Source: Bacilli bacterium (lineage in GTDB: Bacteria; Bacillota_I; Bacilli_A; RF39; UBA660). From it: DNA of 41,171 bases. This document shows positions 27,561 to 32,786 of this stretch, in pieces. Below the pieces are notes generated by a model that saw nothing but the letters and a program-made list of their open reading frames with translations, did not search any database and was not told the origin of the DNA. Position 1 is the stretch's first letter. Every line of letters starts with the position of its first letter. A program made the translations under genes and the position numbers. The stretch is from contig JAQUFX010000002.1 in the NCBI GenBank assembly GCA_028684435.1, positions 1-41,171 on the forward strand, in the 5' to 3' direction.

Positions 27561-27767
27561 TTAAAGTGTTAATTCACCAATTTTTAATAATTCAATTATT
27601 GCACCAGCTCTTCCACTAACATTTAATTTTTGCATGACATTAGAAATATGATTACGGACCGTTTTTTCACTAATTCCTAATAATTCACTGATTTCTTTTG
27701 TCGTTTTATTTAATATTAAAAGATTAAACACTTCTTTTTCTCTAAGGGTTAGTATACTATTTTTCAA
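27561..27767 (-). CDS. gerE: GerE, LuxR-type HTH late mother-cell sporulation regulator
   Basis: 68 aa with a TTG start and GAGGGA 6 nt upstream. [61 protein letters not shown] is near-colinear with B. subtilis GerE ([61 protein letters not shown]). Confidence 0.88.
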   Translation of the reverse strand: [68 protein letters not shown]

Positions 27768-27800
27768 TTATGTTCCCTCACTTTCATAGTACCTTCATAA

Positions 27801-27827
27801 TATTTTATGAAGAAAGCTATTTAAAGT
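27801..27827 (-). promoter_or_regulatory. Sigma-K-type promoter candidate upstream of gerE (AC-16 nt-CATAaaaTA)
   Basis: The minus strand reads tcAC-tttaaatagctttctt-CATAAAATA. This matches the sigma-K consensus AC / CATAnnnTA with 16-nt spacing, about 33 nt upstream of the TTG start. B. subtilis gerE is sigma-K dependent. Confidence 0.35.
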
Positions 27828-27842
27828 GAGTTCTAAAGCCTA

Positions 27843-28337
27843 TTATTGATATTTAACTGTTATGTACATTTTTTCATCAAACTCTTTTTGAATAGTACGG
27901 ATTATATTATTAGCACTTTCATAAGAATTATCTTTTGCTGAAATAGTAACATTGATTTTATCATCTTTTATTTTAATAAAACTTTTTAAATTATAGGTTT
28001 TAAGAATTAAGGACTCTAATTCACTTTCTTTTCCTTTATTTAAATTAATATTAAGTAACTTTTCATAAGCATTATTTTTATCTTCGGCACTAGCTTTAGC
28101 ATCAAGTAAAGTTGATTGTAAATCTTCCATTTCGCTTAAAACGGCTTCATCATTTTCGACTCTTAAAGTTGCCAAAACATCATTTTCTGATATATTGGTG
28201 CTTACTTTATCACTTTCAGAATGTTTAGTATCTATGAGTGAAGAAAGATTTTCTCCTGGTAGAGCAACATAGTATACAGATAATACTAAAATAATACTAA
28301 ACAAAGTTAAAAACCATAAATTTTGTTTATTAATCAT
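27843..28337 (-). CDS. spoIIIAH: Stage III sporulation protein AH (SpoIIIAH/YscJ-FliF-like ring protein)
   Basis: MINKQNLWFLTLFSIILVLSVYYV matches the SpoIIIAH N-terminus (MLKKQTVWLLTMLSLVVVLSVYY). The C-terminal half (LRVENDEA...DKNNAYEKL...ELESLILK...DDKINVTISAKD) is colinear with the Bacillus protein. RBS is GGAGG. Confidence 0.8.
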   Translation of the reverse strand: MINKQNLWFLTLFSIILVLSVYYVALPGENLSSLIDTKHSESDKVSTNISENDVLATLRVENDEAVLSEMEDLQSTLLDAKASAEDKNNAYEKLLNINLNKGKESELESLILKTYNLKSFIKIKDDKINVTISAKDNSYESANNIIRTIQKEFDEKMYITVKYQ

Positions 28338-28602
28338 ACTTTATTAATCCTCCAATTAATAAAGTATATTTATTATTTTAAAAAATAGTACAAATTAAAG
28401 GAATAAACTAATAGCATATATTAGTATTTTTAATAAAATTTTAAATGACAATGTATACCTCCTTTTAATTATGCCTCATTTGAAGGTATCCCTTCAATTT
28501 TATTTGTTATATAAAATATTTTATTTCCTTTTTTTAAATTTAAAAAATAACTTAAAGGAAAATCGATTAACTTTTACAACAAATAATATTGAAAGGAAGA
28601 TT

Positions 28603-30564
28603 ATGAATAAGTATTTTATTAAACAACAAGATGAAAGTGATTGCGGAGCATGCTCGTTACTAAGTATAATTTTATTTTATAAAGGATATATACCTTTAGA
28701 AATAATTAAAATAGATACTCTTACAAATGTAAATGGAACCAATTTTTTATATATAAAAAAAGCTAGCGAAAAATATGGTTTTGACGTAACTGGCAAATAT
28801 ACTTATGATTTAAATAATATTAAATTACCTTGTATTGCACACTTAAATATTGAAGGTTATAATCATTTTGTTGTAATTTTTAATGTAGATAATAAGATAA
28901 CTTATATGGACCCTAGTACTGGAAAAGTTATAATGGATAAAAAAGATTTTGTTAATATCTTCACTGGAAATATTTTAGAGTTTATACCGAAAGGTAAAAT
29001 TATTAAATATGAAAAGAATAAAATATTTAAAAATATTTTAAAAAATATTTATCTAAATAATATAACAAGTATAATATTATTGTTTGTACTTTTAATATTA
29101 TTAATTATCTTTTCATTAGGGGCTAATTTTAATTTAATATTAATTAAAAATAATAAATTAATATGTTTAGTTTTTATAATATTAATTATTAAAGTAGTAA
29201 TAAATTATTTAAAAAATATAATTATGTCTCATTTAAATAAAAATATAAATAAAAGTTTACTAGAAAATTATATTAACCATATCTTTAATCTTCCTTTAAA
29301 ATATTTGCAATTAAAAAAACCTGGCGATTTAATTAATAGAATTAATGACTTACATAATATAAAAGACTTCTTTTCAAATGTAGTGATTGAATTATTTGTA
29401 AATATAATATTTTTTATTGGTTCTTTAATTTTATTATTTATTTTAAATAGTACTTTAACTTTAATTTTATTATCTTTAGTTTTGGTTTATTTAGTAGTTA
29501 TAATATATTTAAATAAAGATTTATATCTAAAAATTATTAATGTAATCGATTCAGATAATAAATTTATGGATTTAGTATTAGAATATTTAAATAAAATAAA
29601 TACGATTAAAGTATTAAAAAGTAACTATTTTATAAATAATATAAATACAAATATTAATAATAATCTAAATAATAAATTAAATCTTGATCTTAAAATAAAT
29701 AAAATTGATTTAGTTAAAAACTCTATAGAAGAAATAATGTTAGTATTAATATTAATAATTCATTATAAATTAAATAATGATTATATGATGATGATAATAT
29801 ATATAAGTGTTTATAATTATTTTATCCAAAGTGTAAAATTTTTTGTAAATATCATACCTAATTATTTTTATTTCAAAGATATTTACAAACGAATTAAAAG
29901 TATCTTTGATCTAGAAAATATTAAAAATAATATTAATAGATATAATGATGGTGATATAATAGTAAATAATTTAAGTTATTCTTATAATAATATTAATAAA
30001 ATATTTAATAATTTTAATTTAAAAATTAAAAAAGGAGAAAAAGTATTACTTCAAGGTTCAAATGGAAGTGGAAAAAGTACTTTATTAGGTCTTTTTGTTG
30101 GATTAGATGATGACTATACTGGTACCATAAAAATTAGCCCAAATATATGTTATATAGAGCAAAATAGTCAGTTATTTAGTGATTCGATATTAAATAATAT
30201 TATATTAGATAAAAAGTATGATAAATTAAAATTTAAAAAAATAGCAAAATTAACATTACTTAATGAGATAATTAAAAATAAACCAAATGGATATAATACT
30301 AATTTAAATTCTATAATTAATTTAAGTGGCGGTGAAAAACAAAAAATTATTATAGCAAGGGGTTTATATAATGATTTTAATATTTTAATTATGGATGAAT
30401 CACTTAGTGAAATATCCAAAAAAATTAGAAAAAAATTATTGCTTAATATTTTTAAATATTATCAAAATAAAACGATTATTTATGTTAGTCATCAAGATGA
30501 AAAAATTAATTTTAATCAAAAGATTTATTTAATTGCTAGAAAGGATAAATATGTTAACAGATAA
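28603..30564 (+). CDS. Bacteriocin-processing ABC exporter with N-terminal C39 cysteine peptidase domain (SunT/LagD/ComA type)
   Basis: The C39 motifs are QQDESDCGACSLLSII (catalytic Cys), NHFVVIF (His) and YMDPSTG. A 6-TM ABC membrane domain follows. The NBD carries Walker A GSNGSGKST, signature LSGGEKQK, Walker B ILIMDES and H-loop VSHQ. I prefer ATG 28603 (RBS AAAGGAAG). The track's 44-aa N-terminal extension from 28471 runs through a hairpin and a promoter-like region. Confidence 0.9.
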   Translation: MNKYFIKQQDESDCGACSLLSIILFYKGYIPLEIIKIDTLTNVNGTNFLYIKKASEKYGFDVTGKYTYDLNNIKLPCIAHLNIEGYNHFVVIFNVDNKITYMDPSTGKVIMDKKDFVNIFTGNILEFIPKGKIIKYEKNKIFKNILKNIYLNNITSIILLFVLLILLIIFSLGANFNLILIKNNKLICLVFIILIIKVVINYLKNIIMSHLNKNINKSLLENYINHIFNLPLKYLQLKKPGDLINRINDLHNIKDFFSNVVIELFVNIIFFIGSLILLFILNSTLTLILLSLVLVYLVVIIYLNKDLYLKIINVIDSDNKFMDLVLEYLNKINTIKVLKSNYFINNINTNINNNLNNKLNLDLKINKIDLVKNSIEEIMLVLILIIHYKLNNDYMMMIIYISVYNYFIQSVKFFVNIIPNYFYFKDIYKRIKSIFDLENIKNNINRYNDGDIIVNNLSYSYNNINKIFNNFNLKIKKGEKVLLQGSNGSGKSTLLGLFVGLDDDYTGTIKISPNICYIEQNSQLFSDSILNNIILDKKYDKLKFKKIAKLTLLNEIIKNKPNGYNTNLNSIINLSGGEKQKIIIARGLYNDFNILIMDESLSEISKKIRKKLLLNIFKYYQNKTIIYVSHQDEKINFNQKIYLIARKDKYVNR

Positions 30565-30685
30565 TGAAATGTTAAATATTGAAGGTGGAAAATTATCTTG
30601 GGGTCTTGCTGGTGCACTTGGTGCATTTCTTACCTTATTAGCTGGAATGATAGATGGATATCTAAGACCTTTAAAGTGTAATTAA
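30551..30685 (+). CDS. Double-glycine-leader bacteriocin-like precursor A (44 aa; predicted 31-aa mature peptide)
   Basis: It is not in the ORF track. ATG 30551 follows GAAAGGA and overlaps the last 14 nt of the exporter gene. The product is MLTDNEMLNIEGG|KLSWGLAGALGAFLTLLAGMIDGYLRPLKCN. It has a GG leader with the EML-x-I-x-GG pattern and a small-residue (G/A) rich hydrophobic cationic core. Confidence 0.75.
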   Translation: MLTDNEMLNIEGGKLSWGLAGALGAFLTLLAGMIDGYLRPLKCN

Positions 30686-30843
30686 TGAAATTAGAAAATA
30701 CGGAAATGTTAAAAATAGTTGGAGGTATAAATATATCTGGAACATTACTAAATTCAATTGCTAAACTACTTAGTACCTTATTTGATATTGGTAGAGCGAT
30801 AGGTTCAGCTATAAGCATGTCTAAGTCTGGACGAAGATGTTAA
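30685..30843 (+). CDS. Double-glycine-leader bacteriocin-like precursor B (52 aa; predicted 38-aa mature peptide)
   Basis: It is not in the ORF track. Its ATG overlaps the stop of peptide A (TAATG). The product is MKLENTEMLKIVGG|INISGTLLNSIAKLLSTLFDIGRAIGSAISMSKSGRRC. It has a GG leader and an amphipathic cationic core with GxxxG (GRAIG) and GxxxS. Confidence 0.75.
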   Translation: MKLENTEMLKIVGGINISGTLLNSIAKLLSTLFDIGRAIGSAISMSKSGRRC

Positions 30844-30848
30844 AAATG

Positions 30849-30869
30849 AAATATATTAAATATATTTTT
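30849..30869 (+). terminator. Weak AT-only hairpin with T-run after the peptide genes
   Basis: aaatata / tatattt form a 7-bp stem with a 5-nt loop, then TT. The structure is low in stability. Confidence 0.3.
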
Positions 30870-30902
30870 ACCATATATAAAAATTTAATGATATAATATT
30901 TA

Positions 30903-31997
30903 TTGGGTGAGTATGTGAATTCTAAAATTAAAAAAGTATTAGAAACATTAGAAAAAAATGGTTTTGAAGCTTATGTAGTAGGGGGTTATGTAAGAGATAC
31001 CTTACTAAATATTAATACTACTGATGTAGATATATGTACTAATGCTTTACCTAAAGATATTATTAAAATTTTTAATAAAAATGGGAGTAATATTAATTAT
31101 GGATCAATTTCTTTAAATGATGGCAAATATAATTTTGATATTACTACCTTCCGAAGCGAATCAAATTATGATAAAAGAAAACCATTAAATATTAAATATA
31201 TTAATGATTTAATTATTGATTTACAAAGAAGGGATTTTACCATTAATTCTTTATGTATGAATAAAGAAGGAGAAATTATTAATCTGCTTGGCGGACTAAA
31301 TGATTTAAATCAAAAATCTATTAGAATTATAGGTGATACAAGTAAAAAATTAACTGAAGATCCATTAAGAATATTAAGAGCGATTAGATTTTCAATAACT
31401 TTAGGTTTTAAATTAGATAATGAAATAATAACGTTTATTAATAATAATAAGTCTTTAATTAAAACTTTAAGCTATACAAGAAAATATGAAGAACTTAATC
31501 GTATATTTTCTTCTAAAAATGCTTATTTAGGGTTAAAAATATTAAAAGATCTAAATCTTTTAGAAGAACTTGAAATAAAGTATGATAATATTAAAGTAGT
31601 TAATGATGTTTTAGGCATTTGGGCTCAAATTGATTATAGTGATAATTATATTTTTACTAAAAGTAGTTCCGAAGTTATAAAAAATATTCGTGAAATTATT
31701 TCAAAAGGAATAATTGATAATAATGTTCTTTTTAAATATAATTTATATATATCAATGGTTGCAGGGCAAATTTTAGGAATTGATTATAAAATCATTTCTA
31801 AAATGCATGCTGATTTAAAAATAAAATCAGCAAAAGAGTTAGATATTAATTCTAAAGATATTTTTAATGTTTTAAATATCAAACCATCTCCTCAAGTAAA
31901 AGAAATAATTAAAGATTTAATAGATCAAGTATTAAATAACAATTTAGAAAACAATTATGATAATTTAAAAAAATATATATTAAAAAAATGGAAGTGA
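30903..31997 (+). CDS. cca: CCA-adding enzyme (tRNA nucleotidyltransferase)
   Basis: The polymerase-beta head domain reads VVGGYVRDTLL...DVDI...RRDFTINS...DPLRILRAIRF. The start is uncertain: TTG 30903 (track) or GTG 30915, preceded by GGGTGAG. A TGaTATAAT box lies at 30889-30897. Confidence 0.85.
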   Translation: MGEYVNSKIKKVLETLEKNGFEAYVVGGYVRDTLLNINTTDVDICTNALPKDIIKIFNKNGSNINYGSISLNDGKYNFDITTFRSESNYDKRKPLNIKYINDLIIDLQRRDFTINSLCMNKEGEIINLLGGLNDLNQKSIRIIGDTSKKLTEDPLRILRAIRFSITLGFKLDNEIITFINNNKSLIKTLSYTRKYEELNRIFSSKNAYLGLKILKDLNLLEELEIKYDNIKVVNDVLGIWAQIDYSDNYIFTKSSSEVIKNIREIISKGIIDNNVLFKYNLYISMVAGQILGIDYKIISKMHADLKIKSAKELDINSKDIFNVLNIKPSPQVKEIIKDLIDQVLNNNLENNYDNLKKYILKKWK

Positions 31998-32001
31998 TAT
32001 T

Positions 32002-32643
32002 ATGAGTAATACCATATTAGAGGGTATTGTAAAACAAAAAGATTACATTTTTAAAACTCAAATTTTTAAAATTGCTAATAATTTTAATTTTAATACTTCT
32101 GAGTTATTATTAATTATATATTTTTTAAATCAAGAAAGTCCTAGTTTCAATATTCCAGAAATTAAAAATATAACTTATTTAGATGATAAAGAAATAATGG
32201 ATGCTTTTTCATCTTTATCAGGAAAAGGTATTATATCAATTAATATTAATAAAAATGCAAATGGAATTATATGTGAAGATATTGATTTATCTAATTTATA
32301 TAAATATATTGTCAGTGATATTAATACTAGTGTTAAAAAACAAGCTAATATAAATATATTTAATATTTTTGAAAAAGAATTTGGAAGAACTTTAAGTCCG
32401 ATTGAATTTGAGATTATTAATGCTTGGTTAAAATCAGGAATAAGTGAAGAATTAATAATTGGTGCCTTAAAAGAAGCAACATTTAATGGTGTAAGTAATT
32501 TAAGATATATTGACAAAATTATTTATGAATGGAATAAAAAAGGCTTCAAAAATATGGAAGATTTACATAATCATTTGAAAAAGAAAGAACCAAATGAAAA
32601 TAAAGTATTATTTGATTACAATTGGTTAGAAGATGAAGAGTGA
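32002..32643 (+). CDS. dnaD: DnaD-domain replication initiation/primosome protein
   Basis: The C-terminal DnaD/DnaB_2 domain reads FEKEFGRTLSPIEFEIINAWLKSGISEELIIGALKEA...NLRYIDKIIYEWNKKG. Confidence 0.8.
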   Translation: MSNTILEGIVKQKDYIFKTQIFKIANNFNFNTSELLLIIYFLNQESPSFNIPEIKNITYLDDKEIMDAFSSLSGKGIISININKNANGIICEDIDLSNLYKYIVSDINTSVKKQANINIFNIFEKEFGRTLSPIEFEIINAWLKSGISEELIIGALKEATFNGVSNLRYIDKIIYEWNKKGFKNMEDLHNHLKKKEPNENKVLFDYNWLEDEE

Positions 32644-32752
32644 GATATATACTTTACTTTAATAATTTAATATCAATTCATAGGTAATTAGGCTATAAAA
32701 AGTATTATGAATTAATAATAGCACCTATATTAAGTAACCAATTAATGAATAT

Positions 32753-32786
32753 AAAAAGACAATTATTATTAAATAACTGTCTTTTT
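32753..32786. terminator. Bidirectional terminator between dnaD and ponA
   Basis: aaaaagacaattat / ataactgtcttttt form a stem with one mismatch, flanked by an A-run and a T-run. It abuts the ponA stop codon (32786-32788). Confidence 0.6.

Noticed and set aside
28471-28602. A 44-aa N-terminal extension of the ABC exporter ORF (MPHLKVSLQFYLLYKIF...).
   Set aside because: The extension runs through a hairpin with a T-run and a promoter-like box. It has no RBS and would put 44 extra residues in front of the C39 domain. That domain normally starts within ~10 aa of the N-terminus. ATG 28603 has AAAGGAAG at the correct spacing.
30630-30818. A 62-aa minus-strand ORF from the track (MLIAEPIALPISNKVL...).
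   Set aside because: It is antisense to two plus-strand genes that have clear double-glycine leaders, translational coupling to the exporter and sensible biochemistry. The minus ORF has no RBS and a compositionally odd sequence. I treat it as a shadow ORF.
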